A stretch of 64,000 nucleotides of DNA from an uncultured Acidimicrobiaceae bacterium. Its GTDB lineage: Bacteria > Actinomycetota > Acidimicrobiia > Acidimicrobiales > RAAP-2. Under the pieces are notes generated by a model that saw only the letters and a list, made by a program, of their open reading frames with translations, did not search any database and had not been told where the DNA came from. This document shows positions 18,236 through 27,232 of the stretch, in pieces; position 1 is the stretch's first letter; each line of letters starts with the position of its first letter. The stretch lies in NCBI GenBank assembly GCA_963750075.1, contig CAVVPG010000002.1, positions 453,272 through 517,271 of the forward strand, read 5' to 3'. Position numbers and translations under genes: made by a program.

Positions 18236-19438
18236 ATGACCGCTGTTGACACCGAGCCGTTGGCCTGGGATCCGCTCAACGAGAAGTACAAGGTGGACCC
18301 GCACGCCATCTGGCGTCGCCTGCGTGACGAGGCGCCGCTGTACTACAACGAGGAGTTCGACTTCTACGCGGTGAGCCGCTTCGCCGACGTCGACGCCTTC
18401 AGCCGCGACCCGGTGACCTTCTGCTCCTCCCACGGCACGGTGATGGAGATGATCGCTCCCGAGCCGACGGACATGGAGATCATGATCTTCATGGACCCGC
18501 CGGAGCACACCCGCTACCGCCGGCTGGTCTCCAAGGCGTTCACGCCCCGTCGCATGGCCCTCCTCGAGGACGACATCCGCCGGCTCTGTGTCGAGCTGCT
18601 CGACGGCCTGGCCGGACGAAGCTCGTTCGACTACGTGCAGGACTTCGGGGCGCGGGTCCCGGCGTACGTCATCGCCGCGCTGCTCGGCGTGCCGCCGGGG
18701 GACCGGGACATGGTGCGGGGGTGGATCGACGAGACCTTCCACCTCGACCCCGAGAAGGGCATGTACAACGAGGTGTCGGCGGAGGCCATGGCAAAGCTCC
18801 AGGGGTACGTGGCCTCCGCCCTGCGCGAGCGCGAGAGGGAGCCCCGCGACGACATGTTCAGCGACCTGCTCAACGGCGAGATCGTCGACGAGGATGGCGA
18901 GCTCCGCCGGCTCACCACGGAGCAGGCGGTGAACTTCGCGCTGCTGATCGGTAGCGCGGGCACCGAGACCGTGGCGCGGCTCTTGGGCTGGGCGGCACTC
19001 ACGCTCGACGACAACCCCGACCAGCGGGCCGAGCTGGCGGCCGATGCCGGCCTCATCCCCAACGCGGTCGAGGAGCTGCTCCGCTACGAGGCACCGTCAC
19101 CGGTGCAGAGCCGCTGGTGCACGGCCGAGGTCGAGGTGCACGGACAGACCATCCCGGCCAGCTCCAAGGTCGTGATGATCACGGGGTCGGCGGGGCGGGA
19201 CGAGCGGGCGTTCCCCGACGCAGACCGTTTCGACATCCACCGCAAGATCGATCACCACCTGTCCTTCGGGTACGGCATCCACTTCTGCCTGGGGGCGGCA
19301 CTCGCCCGCACAGAGGGCCGGATCGCGCTGGAGGAGACCCTGAAGCGCTTCCCCGAGTGGTCGGTGGACCGTGACAAGGCGGTCCCCCTGTTCACGAGCA
19401 CTGTCCGCGGCTACACGAAACTGCCGATCGACGTCTGA
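18236..19438 (+). CDS. Cytochrome P450
   Basis: Haem-binding loop FGYGIHFCLGAALAR, EELLRYEAP (ExxR) and AGTETVA (I-helix). Confidence 0.9.
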   Translation: MTAVDTEPLAWDPLNEKYKVDPHAIWRRLRDEAPLYYNEEFDFYAVSRFADVDAFSRDPVTFCSSHGTVMEMIAPEPTDMEIMIFMDPPEHTRYRRLVSKAFTPRRMALLEDDIRRLCVELLDGLAGRSSFDYVQDFGARVPAYVIAALLGVPPGDRDMVRGWIDETFHLDPEKGMYNEVSAEAMAKLQGYVASALREREREPRDDMFSDLLNGEIVDEDGELRRLTTEQAVNFALLIGSAGTETVARLLGWAALTLDDNPDQRAELAADAGLIPNAVEELLRYEAPSPVQSRWCTAEVEVHGQTIPASSKVVMITGSAGRDERAFPDADRFDIHRKIDHHLSFGYGIHFCLGAALARTEGRIALEETLKRFPEWSVDRDKAVPLFTSTVRGYTKLPIDV

Positions 19439-19461
19439 CCAGCGCAGCCCCGGCACCGGGC

Positions 19462-19478
19462 CCGGACGGCTCGTCCGG
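19462..19478 (+). terminator. Short hairpin between the P450 stop and the tRNA
   Basis: ccggac-ggctc-gtccgg: 6-bp stem, 5-nt loop, no U-tract. Confidence 0.2.
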
Positions 19479-19498
19479 TACACTGGCTGACTCACCCG

Positions 19499-19572
19499 GC
19501 GCTCGTAGCTCAACGGACTAGAGCATCTGACTACGGATCAGAAGGTTGGGGGTTCGAATCCCTCCGAGCGCG
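19499..19572 (+). tRNA. tRNA-Arg, anticodon ACG
   Basis: Folded by hand. Acceptor gcgctcg/cgagcgc (7 bp), D stem gctc/gagc, anticodon stem tctga/tcaga with loop ctACGga, 5-nt variable loop, T stem ggggg/ccctc with loop ttcgaat, discriminator g. 74 nt; CCA is not encoded. Confidence 0.9.
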
Positions 19573-19602
19573 CGACTGTGACCTCCAGCGCGCGACATCA
19601 CC

Positions 19603-21032
19603 GGTTCTTCGGAATCTGGCGGGGTCTGCCTGCTCACCGGACGACGATCGAGCCCAGGACGCGCCAGTTCGGTTTGCCGGCGTAGAGCAGGGCTCTGATC
19701 CGGTAGTTCTCGAAGTTGCGGAAGCCGAAGGCGATGCGCTTGATGCGCTTGATCAGGTTGTTGAGGGCCTCGGTCGGACCGTTGGAGACCCTGGCGATGT
19801 GGAAGTTGGCGATCTTGTCGAACCAGTTTTTGATCGTGCGCCCGAGCTTTTGGATCTCCGGCGGCATGGCGCGTCGGAGACAGTGACCCTGGAGCTCAAC
19901 GAGGAGCGCTCGGGCTTCATCGAGATCGCGGGTGCGATAGAAGTCACGCAGGCGCTCTTTGATCCGATAGGCGATGGCCACCTCGGCACCGGGGTCGCCG
20001 AGGGAGAGGAGTGACCACAGGCGCTCGGTCGCTCCTGCATCGAGCTTCTCCTCGCCGGTGAGCAGGACCCGGCGGGCTCGATAGAGCGGGTCGTCTCTGC
20101 GGCCCCGGTGCCCGAGCTGCTCGGTCTGGACCCGACGACGGACGGCGTCGAGGCAGCGGTTGGCCAAGGAGATGACATGGAAGGGGTCGACCACCTGGGC
20201 CGCGGTGGGCAACATGACCGAGTACACCGCCGCATAGGTGGCCGACATGTCGAGGGCACCGAAGCGGATCCGCTCCTTCCATGCCGCCGGCTGCTTGTCG
20301 ATCCAGCCCGCCACGTCGGCGTAGTTGCGAGTCGGGAGGATGTCGATGATCTGGTGGTTTTCCACATCGGCCACCGTGGTGGCGTAGCTGGTGTGGATCC
20401 GCGGCACCGAGTTTGACGAAGGAGGTCTCGTCGAGCCCGATGGCCGTGGTCTTGTTCAAGCGCTTGCGGTCGGCCGCGAGCAGGGCCTCGCCATAGGTGA
20501 TCACGGCGTCATTGACCGTGTGCCAATCGCAGGCGAGCTCGCCGGCCACCTCGGCCACGGTCCGGCCTCCGCCGACTTGGACCGTCGCCCACTTGGCCGC
20601 TCTGGTCGTCAGCAGGCACTTCTTGGCCGCAATGCGGTGGTCGCTGAGGATCCAGGTCTTCTTGGCGCAGCGCTCGTTCACACAGCGCATCCGGTGCTTC
20701 TTCCAGGCCAGTGACATGGGCGTCCCATAGACGGGCAAGTCGACGTAATGGACCACCGGACGTTCCTTCACCCGGGCCTCCACAGCACACGATGGGCAGC
20801 GCACTCGATCCCTGATCAGCTGCTCGATGGCCAGCTCGACGTGGGGCCCGCGTCGCTCGTAGTGCAGGACCACCACGTCTTTGAGGCCGACGAGAGCCTC
20901 GAGGATCTCGCTATGGTCGCGAAGAACGAAGGTGCTTCTTGGTTGTTGGGTCACACCTCAAGCTTGAAGCACCTTCGTCGCGCTCGAGGTGATCCTGGTC
21001 AGGGGCGCGACCCCGCCAGGATCCGATGAGCC
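19603..21032 (-). mobile_element. ISL3 family insertion sequence (1430 bp) with terminal inverted repeats and an 8-bp target-site duplication
   Basis: IRL ggttcttcggaatctggcggggtc (19603-19626) versus the reverse complement of 21009-21032, ggctcatcggatcctggcggggtc: 20 of 24 identical. Flanked by exact direct repeats acatcacc at 19595-19602 and 21033-21040. Carries an ISL3-type transposase. Confidence 0.85.
19634..20954 (-). CDS. ISL3 family transposase; frame interrupted near 20400-20410
   Basis: ORF 19944..20954 gives the N-terminal zinc-finger/HTH part (RCPSCAVEARVKERP...GLDETSFVK). ORF 19634..20407 gives the DDE part (HTSYATTVADVENHQIIDILPTRN...ALDMSATYAAV...SNGPTEALNNLIKRIKRIAFGFRNFENYR). 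Span is 1321 nt (3n+1). Confidence 0.85.
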
Positions 21033-21165
21033 ACATCACCTCCGAGCGCGCCAAAGATGCGGTTGACCCCTTTGGGCGGATCGCTGAACGCAGGCGTGCA
21101 GGGCCATCCCCGGCGCACGCGACAGATGCAGCTGCCAGCTTCGAGCCGACTGCGACCCGTATCAC

Positions 21166-22011
21166 GTGCATAGTTGGGGAATGGTGGACGACCACAGCGT
21201 CACGCCGGCCCCCGTCGGGTCTGCCCGCGATCCCTCGTTCCTCCGTACAGTTCGACCCGTCCTGGAGCGCTACGCGTCCTACTTCCGGCCAGAGGTGCGG
21301 GGGTTTGAGCACTTGCCCCGACGCGGACCCTTCCTTGTGGTCGGGAACCATTCTGGTGGCCAGACACCCCCGGATCTACCGGTCCTGCTGACGGCGTGGT
21401 GGCGTGAGCGAGGCGAAGACGAGCCGGTCTACGCACTCTTCCACTCGTTCTTCCTTGGTCTTCCGGGGGTAGGCCCCGTCATGAAGCGTGCCGGTGCCGT
21501 CGAAGCCGGGCCGGCCGCGGCGGAGGCGATTCTTCGCAGCGGAGCGATCCTGATCGACTACCCGGGTGGTGACTCAGAGGTCTTCCGCCCTTGGTGGGAG
21601 CGAAACCGCATCGAGTTCGGCGGTCACGTCGGGGTGGTGCGTCTGGCATTGCGAACGAGGGTCCCTGTGGTCCCCGCCGTCTCCGTCGGCGCCCACGAGG
21701 CGCTCGTCGTCCTCGCCCGAGGTGAGCGCGTCGCAAAGTGGCTCAGGCTCGATCGCATGTTCCGTATCAAAGTGATGCCCCTGGTGTTGGGCCCCCCTTT
21801 TGGTGTCGTCCCCGGGGGCATTCCCACGTTCCCGCTTCCTGCGAAGATCACCGTGGAACTCGGCCCTCCGATTGACTGGTCGTCGCGGTATGCGCCGGAC
21901 GCGGCTGACGACGAAATGATCGTTCGAGACTGCTACCGGGAGCTCACCGAGACGATGCAGACGACGCTCGATCGATTGGCAGCCGAACGCCGCTTTCCGA
22001 TTCTCGGTTAG
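21166..22011 (+). CDS. Lysophospholipid/glycerolipid acyltransferase (LPLAT superfamily)
   Basis: FLVVGNHSGGQTPPD (acyltransferase block I variant), YPGGDSE and VPVVPAVSVG blocks. 281 aa; the start may be the internal MVDDHS. Confidence 0.7.
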   Translation: MHSWGMVDDHSVTPAPVGSARDPSFLRTVRPVLERYASYFRPEVRGFEHLPRRGPFLVVGNHSGGQTPPDLPVLLTAWWRERGEDEPVYALFHSFFLGLPGVGPVMKRAGAVEAGPAAAEAILRSGAILIDYPGGDSEVFRPWWERNRIEFGGHVGVVRLALRTRVPVVPAVSVGAHEALVVLARGERVAKWLRLDRMFRIKVMPLVLGPPFGVVPGGIPTFPLPAKITVELGPPIDWSSRYAPDAADDEMIVRDCYRELTETMQTTLDRLAAERRFPILG

Positions 22012-22020
22012 GCGGTCTCT

Positions 22021-23638
22021 TCACCTCTCGTCCCGGTCTCGTAACGCCGCTACGGCAACCGCTTGAGCCCAGGGATAGTCCGCCTTTCCGCTGGGCGAAC
22101 GAACGATGTGATCGACGACGAGTATCTCTCGAGGCACCTTGAAGCCGCTCAGCCTGGCATGGACGCGCTGGCGGACAGCCTCCGGATCGATCTCGTGCCC
22201 GGCCCGGGCCAGTACCAGCGCGACGACACGCTCACCGAACCGAGGGTCGGGCGCTCCGACGACGACGGCGTCGCAGACGGCGGGGTCGTCCTTCAGCGCG
22301 GCTTCCACCTCGTCGGGGAAGACCTTTTCCCCGCCCGTGTTGATGCAGAGCGAACCTCGCCCGAGGACAACGATGCTCCCGTCGGCGTTCACCGTCGCCA
22401 GGTCACCGGGCAGCGCCCAGCGTTGGCCCCGTGCCTCAACGAAAGTGGTCGCGGACTTGGGCGGATCGCCCAGGTAGCCGATCGGGACGTGGCCGCCCCT
22501 GGCGAGATGTCCGATCACCCGGGATCCCGGGGTGACAGGCTGGAGATCGTCGTCGAGCACGTCGGTATGGTCGTCGACTCGCAGTCGTGGCGGCCCGAAC
22601 GGGTCGTCGGGAGGCATCTCACCTCCAACTTGTCCGGTCTCTGACGAGCCAAATCTGTCGGCGACGATCCGACCTGGGAGGAGCTCGGCCAACTGCGCCT
22701 TTGTTGACGGTGAAAGCACCGCTCCTCCGGATCCCACGGCCATCAGCGATGAGAGGTCGTAGCGATCGGGTTGCGCGGCGAGCGCGTCGAGCAGCGGCCG
22801 GACCATGGCGTCGCCCACCACGGCGATCGCGTTGACCTGCTCTGTCTCCACCAGACGCCAGACCTCGGATGCCTCGAAGCGGCCCCCATCGGTCGTCACA
22901 ACTGTCCCGCCACCGAACAGGGTCGAGAACGCCAACCAGTGTCCGGCCGCGTGCATGAACGGAGGTATGGCAAGTGCAGTGATGCCCGGATGCAGGAGCC
23001 GCGTGACAAGCTCGCCGGGGGCGGCGATGTGGTTGCCCGAGGAAAATGGGTCACCGCCACCCATGGCCGCGAAGAAGATGTCGTCGTGTCGCCAGAGCAC
23101 ACCCTTCGGCATGCCGGTCGTGCCGCCGGTGTAGACGCAGTAGAGGTCATCGTTGCGGCGCGGGTGGAACCCGCGGGTGTCGGGCGCCGATGCAAGGGCA
23201 CGCTCGTAGTCCTCACCCACTTTCGGGTCATGTCCCGTCGGCTCCCGCACCTGCAGCACGGCCCGGGTCTCGGGCATCGCGTGCAGGGCACCTTTCACGG
23301 TCGGGGCAAATCGTCCGTGGGCGATGAGGCCCACGAGCGCGGCATTCCCGTACAGGTACTCCAACTCGCTTCCCAGGTAGCGGTAGTTGACGTTGACCGG
23401 CACGGCACGAATCTTGAAGCACGCCAGCATGCTCTCGATGTACTCGGTGCCGTTGACCAGCTGCAGCCCCACCGTGTCACGGGACCCGACTGCCGGCGCT
23501 CTCCAGGTGGTGGGCGAGCCGGTTGGCCCGCCGGTCCAGCTCGGTGTAGCTGAGCCGTCGGGAGCCCGACACCATCGCGGTCTGACCCCCGACCCGGTCG
23601 ACCACGCTCTCGAAAAGATCGGCAAGGTTGAACTCCAC
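22021..23638 (-). CDS. Long-chain fatty acyl-CoA synthetase (FadD-like); frame interrupted near 23485-23495
   Basis: ORF 22021..23961 carries YTGGTTGMPKGVLWRH, GSSETG, GDLATVNADGSIVVLGRGSLCINTGGEKVFPDEVE. The true N-terminus (VEFNLADLFESVVDRVGGQTAMVSGSRRLSYTELDRRANRLAHHLESAG) sits in the frame of ORF 23477..25573, behind a GGGGAG ribosome-binding site and a GTG at 23638. Span is 1618 nt (3n+1). Confidence 0.8.
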
Positions 23639-23761
23639 AGTGCTCCCCGGTCCAGATTTGGGACATCCGCCCCTGCCATCGATGAGGTTGCCAGACGTAG
23701 TATCACAGTCGGTAGTCGTGCCCTCTTCGGGGCTGGGCGCCACGGCACGCAAGGAGGCCGG

Positions 23762-25102
23762 ATGGGGGAGGGTGCGCATGATCCCGCCGGCGAGCGGGTC
23801 AACCCCGCGAGCGGAGTCAAACATACCGAAAGGGTGTCCGCGAGCGCGAGGCCGGGTATCTCGGTGCCGGGGATCGATCGAGTTACCGGGCTCTTTCGGG
23901 CGGCTTCCGGCTTCTTGAACCGGCGCGCGCTCGTCCGGGCGACCCGCGCCCTGCCTCGCACGCTGCACTACCTGGGTTCGGCGTTGCTGAGCGGGGAAGT
24001 GAGCGACTCGGTGCCGGCCCCGCACCTCTCGCTCGGTCTCGCGGCGCAGGTGGCGATGGACGAGGCGCTGTTGGCCATGGCCATGACGCCCCGCCGATTC
24101 CCGATGGCCAGGGACTACGCGAGGGTGTCGAACGAGCTCGCCGAGGCCGAATCCCTGTACGCAGGAGAGGGTTGGATCGCGGAGCCCAGTTCCTATCACC
24201 GCACCCCACCGTCGCTCGTCGAATCCCAAGTGACCACGAGCCGGGGATGGGCCACAGGGATGCACTACGACAGGTGGGACTGGGACAGCGGGTTCATCCC
24301 CCATCCCGGCGAGCCGGGAGCCGACCGCTGGATGGCGTTCGAGCCGAACCGGACGGCCTCGGCCGTCGTCGTGCGCCACCCCGACGGACCCCGCCCCTGG
24401 GTGATCGCCGTGCACGGCTTCTGCATGGGGTTCCCGTTCATGGACTTTCAGGGGCTCCAGATGAACCGGCTTCACCACGAGCTGGGGATGAACGTGGCCC
24501 TCCCGGCGTTGCCCCTCCATGGGCCGCGGCGTGTCACTCTGGTGAGTGGGGAGCCGTTCCTCTCCTTCGAGCTGATGAACGCAGTGCACGGCCTGACGCA
24601 GGCCGTGTGGGACATCCGGCGCCTCATCACTCGCATCCGTCAGCAGGGAGCCACCTCCATCAGCCTGTACGGCGTCTCGCTGGGCGCGTACGCAGTGTCC
24701 CTCCTCGCTGGTCTGGAAGAGGGAGTCGATGGCGTCGTGGCGGGCATCCCGGTATCGGATTTCCCAGGTTTGTTCCACCGACACAGTCCCCACGACATCC
24801 GCGCCCGATCGATCGAGCACAAGATCATGGGTGGCCCCGCGGAGAGCGTCTACCGCGTGGTGTCGCCTCTCTCCTTCGAGGCCAAGGTGCCCAGGCACGG
24901 CCGGTTCATCTTCGCCGGCTACGGTGACCGGCTCGCCCTTCCGGATCAGGCCCAACGTCTCTGGGAGCACTGGGAGCAGCCTCGCATCTCGTGGTATTCG
25001 GGGGGCCACGTGGGCTACCTGTGGTCCAAACAGGTCACCGACTTTCTCATCAGTTCGCTGCGTCACGTCTCGACCAGCCGTTCCCCCGAGTTCCAAGGCT
25101 GA
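23762..25102 (+). CDS. Alpha/beta hydrolase (putative lipase/esterase)
   Basis: C-terminal part of ORF 23387..25102. Nucleophile elbow YGVSLGAY, PWVIAVHGFCMG and a C-terminal GGHVGY. The start at ATG 23762 is tentative; it is divergent from fadD. Confidence 0.7.
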   Translation: MGEGAHDPAGERVNPASGVKHTERVSASARPGISVPGIDRVTGLFRAASGFLNRRALVRATRALPRTLHYLGSALLSGEVSDSVPAPHLSLGLAAQVAMDEALLAMAMTPRRFPMARDYARVSNELAEAESLYAGEGWIAEPSSYHRTPPSLVESQVTTSRGWATGMHYDRWDWDSGFIPHPGEPGADRWMAFEPNRTASAVVVRHPDGPRPWVIAVHGFCMGFPFMDFQGLQMNRLHHELGMNVALPALPLHGPRRVTLVSGEPFLSFELMNAVHGLTQAVWDIRRLITRIRQQGATSISLYGVSLGAYAVSLLAGLEEGVDGVVAGIPVSDFPGLFHRHSPHDIRARSIEHKIMGGPAESVYRVVSPLSFEAKVPRHGRFIFAGYGDRLALPDQAQRLWEHWEQPRISWYSGGHVGYLWSKQVTDFLISSLRHVSTSRSPEFQG

Positions 25103-25105
25103 CGC

Positions 25106-26521
25106 ATGGAGACGATGACCGGGCTGGACGCAAAGTTCCTCTATTCCGAGACACCGACGGCCCACATGCACACGGTGAAGGTCGTGGTGGCCGATGTTTC
25201 TGCCCTGAAGGGTGGATTCTCCTTCGACGCCCTGACCGGGATCCTCGCGGACCAGCTTTGCCGGCTCCCGCCGTTCCGCCGTCGGGTCGTGCCGGTCCCG
25301 TGGGGACTGGGTCATCCCGTGTGGGTGGAGGACCCCCAGTTCGACCTGAAGCGTCACATCCGCCGCCGGACGCTTGCCGGCCCGGCAGGCGATCGCGAGC
25401 TCGCCTCGGTGGTGGCAGAGTTCGCAGCCACCCCACTGGCGCGCGATCGGCCGCTTTGGGAATTGGTGGTCGTGGAGGGGCTCGACGGCGGCCGCATCGC
25501 GGTCGTGGCGAAGATCCACCACGCGGTGGCCGACGGGTCCGCCGTCGTGGCCCTGCTGCAGAACGTGGTGCAAGGCGCCGGCGTCGAGCCGTCAAGGGAA
25601 CCCGATGTGGATGCATGGCGTCCAGAGCCGCTCCCAACACGCCGCGAGCTGCTGAGGATGGCGGCGCACGACCATGTCCTCCGGTGGAAAGGCCTGCCGC
25701 GGTTTGTGGTGCAATCGGCGCGAAGGGGCCGAGCGTCGGAAGCGCGGCGTCGCAGCTTCGCGATCAAGCCGCCTCTTCCACTTCACCACATACCCAAGAC
25801 GTCGTTCAACGTGTCGCTCACCTCAGAGCGCACGTTTGCAATGACCAAGCTCCCACTCGAGGATCTCAAGTCCATCCGGCGCAGCGCGGGAACGACGCTC
25901 AACGATGTCTATCTGTGTGTGTGCGCGGGGGCGTTGCGACGCTACCTGTTGGAGCGCGGTGAACTGCCCGCACGCCCCCTCGTCGCCAGTGTCCCGGTCT
26001 CGACCGACCCGAATGTGGCCCGCATGTCTGGCAACCGAGTCGACAACCTCTATGTGGGCATCGGGACCGACATCGCCGACCCAGTGCGGCGCCTTGGGCA
26101 CATCCGAAGCATGACGGCAGCCTCCAAGGAAGTTCGCGCCGTGCTCGGCCACGATCTCTTTGCGCAGCGCGCCGATTTTGTACCGCCCCAGATCTACCAT
26201 TCGGCCGTGCGGCTCTGGACCCGGTCCCATGTTGCGGACCGGGTCCACCCACCCCTCAACGTGGTGCTGTCCAACGTCGCCGGACCGCGGGAGCGGATCT
26301 TCTTCGGTCCCATTGAGCTGGAAGCTCTCTACTCGGTGGGTCCCATTCTCGAAGGGATCGGCCTCAACATCACTGCCTGGAGCTACGAGCAAACGCTGGG
26401 TGTCTCCCTGCTTGGTTCTCCGGTCAGCGTTCCCGACCCCTGGTTGATCGTCGACGCACTCCACGCTGCTCTCGACGAGCTTGGGAATGCGATCGGCACT
26501 GCAGCATTGGCGGACCGCTGA
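25106..26521 (+). CDS. Wax ester synthase / diacylglycerol acyltransferase (WS/DGAT)
   Basis: Active-site motif HHAVADG (KIHHAVADGSAVVALL), N-terminal LDAKFLYSETPTAHMH, and a length of 471 aa, typical of the family. Confidence 0.9.
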   Translation: METMTGLDAKFLYSETPTAHMHTVKVVVADVSALKGGFSFDALTGILADQLCRLPPFRRRVVPVPWGLGHPVWVEDPQFDLKRHIRRRTLAGPAGDRELASVVAEFAATPLARDRPLWELVVVEGLDGGRIAVVAKIHHAVADGSAVVALLQNVVQGAGVEPSREPDVDAWRPEPLPTRRELLRMAAHDHVLRWKGLPRFVVQSARRGRASEARRRSFAIKPPLPLHHIPKTSFNVSLTSERTFAMTKLPLEDLKSIRRSAGTTLNDVYLCVCAGALRRYLLERGELPARPLVASVPVSTDPNVARMSGNRVDNLYVGIGTDIADPVRRLGHIRSMTAASKEVRAVLGHDLFAQRADFVPPQIYHSAVRLWTRSHVADRVHPPLNVVLSNVAGPRERIFFGPIELEALYSVGPILEGIGLNITAWSYEQTLGVSLLGSPVSVPDPWLIVDALHAALDELGNAIGTAALADR

Positions 26522-26681
26522 TCGAGCGATCGCGTCGTCCTTCCCCTCGTCTGGAAGGGCAACAGCGCGTGCGATCCGCTCCGGCCAACCGACCACAGCA
26601 ATTGCCCTCCGGTGATGCCGGTGCGTGAGCCCCCGGGGATCAGAAGTCGCATCCGGTGCAGCCGTCTGCTTGTGGGGATCT

Positions 26682-26804
26682 TGCTACTACGTTGCTACTC
26701 AAATCGGCGGACCGACTGATGATGAGTGGCACAGCATGGACGCCGGACCTGATCTCAGCTGGTCAAATGGACTCAGTTGGACGGGCTGGACGATCGGAAC
26801 CGCT
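26682..26804 (+). repeat. Element-derived arm sequence left of att core 1; homologous to 32091-32212
   Basis: Gapless alignment to 32091-32212 at about 78 percent identity by hand count. Begins with TGCTACTacgtTGCTACT and contains repeated TGGAC/GGAC motifs. Confidence 0.75.
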
Positions 26805-26847
26805 CTACGGATCAGAAGGTTGGGGGTTCGAATCCCTCCGAGCGCGC
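26805..26847 (+). repeat. att core 1: exact 43-nt copy of the tRNA-Arg 3' half
   Basis: ctacggatcagaaggttgggggttcgaatccctccgagcgcgc is identical to 19531-19573. No matching 5' acceptor or D arm lies upstream. Confidence 0.9.
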
Positions 26848-27232
26848 CGAGGACTTCTTGGCGCGAAGTCCGTCCCGATAGCCTCCGTACACGCCGTCCG
26901 AGGTATTCCTCGGGACGGGAAGTGCGATGCGCACGAAACGCCGGCTCGGTCTGACACCGCCATGTCGGGGGTTGACACCGCTCGCAGAGCACGAGTGTTG
27001 GTGATCTGGTCGGCAAGTAGGCCGAGCTCGCATCGCCCGGGTCTCCGACGAGGGTCAAGGTCATCTCCGCCGTACTCGGGGCCGTGCCGCTTCCCAAGTC
27101 AGGACGGGGCAGCTCGACCGCTTCCACGCCGAGCGGCGCGAGGGAGGAGGCGATGGGGACACCTCTCGGCCGCTACAGTCCGGCATGTCCACGACCTGAT
27201 CGTCCCGACGTGGGACGACCGAGCTGGACTCT

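Noticed and set aside
16952-18742. 596-aa minus-strand ORF. Similar long ORFs occur at 297..1493, 1295..2971, 7455..8873, 10360..11673, 13333..15060 and 58793..59773.
   Set aside because: It is antisense to the well-supported TetR, PPGK-like and P450 genes. Its composition is dominated by Arg, Gly, Pro, Ala, His and Asp, and it carries no family motifs. Such shadow ORFs are expected in high-GC DNA, where stop codons are rare.
19634-20954. The split transposase could reflect programmed ribosomal frameshifting.
   Set aside because: Programmed -1 frameshifting is characteristic of the IS3 and IS1 families, not ISL3, whose transposase is a single ORF. I saw no slippery heptamer at the junction. 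An indel, real or artefactual, is the simpler explanation.
23477-25573. 698-aa minus-strand ORF spanning the hydrolase and WS/DGAT genes.
   Set aside because: It is antisense to two motif-bearing genes. Only its last ~50 codons are real coding sequence, namely the displaced N-terminus of the frame-shifted FadD gene.
26682-26847. The conserved arm plus a tRNA-like 3' end could be a tmRNA or a second tRNA-like gene.
   Set aside because: No 5' acceptor strand complementary to cgagcgc is present upstream, and there is no D arm. No tag-peptide reading frame ending in a typical degradation tag is present. The tRNA-like part is only the 3' half of tRNA-Arg.
26625-26954. ORFs 26625..26954 and 31998..32276 share the peptide CYYVATQ[IV]GG and might encode a conserved small protein.
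   Set aside because: The shared peptide simply reflects the conserved DNA arm repeat. Both frames read straight through the tRNA-derived core, diverge in a pattern that does not favour synonymous changes, and lack start-site context.
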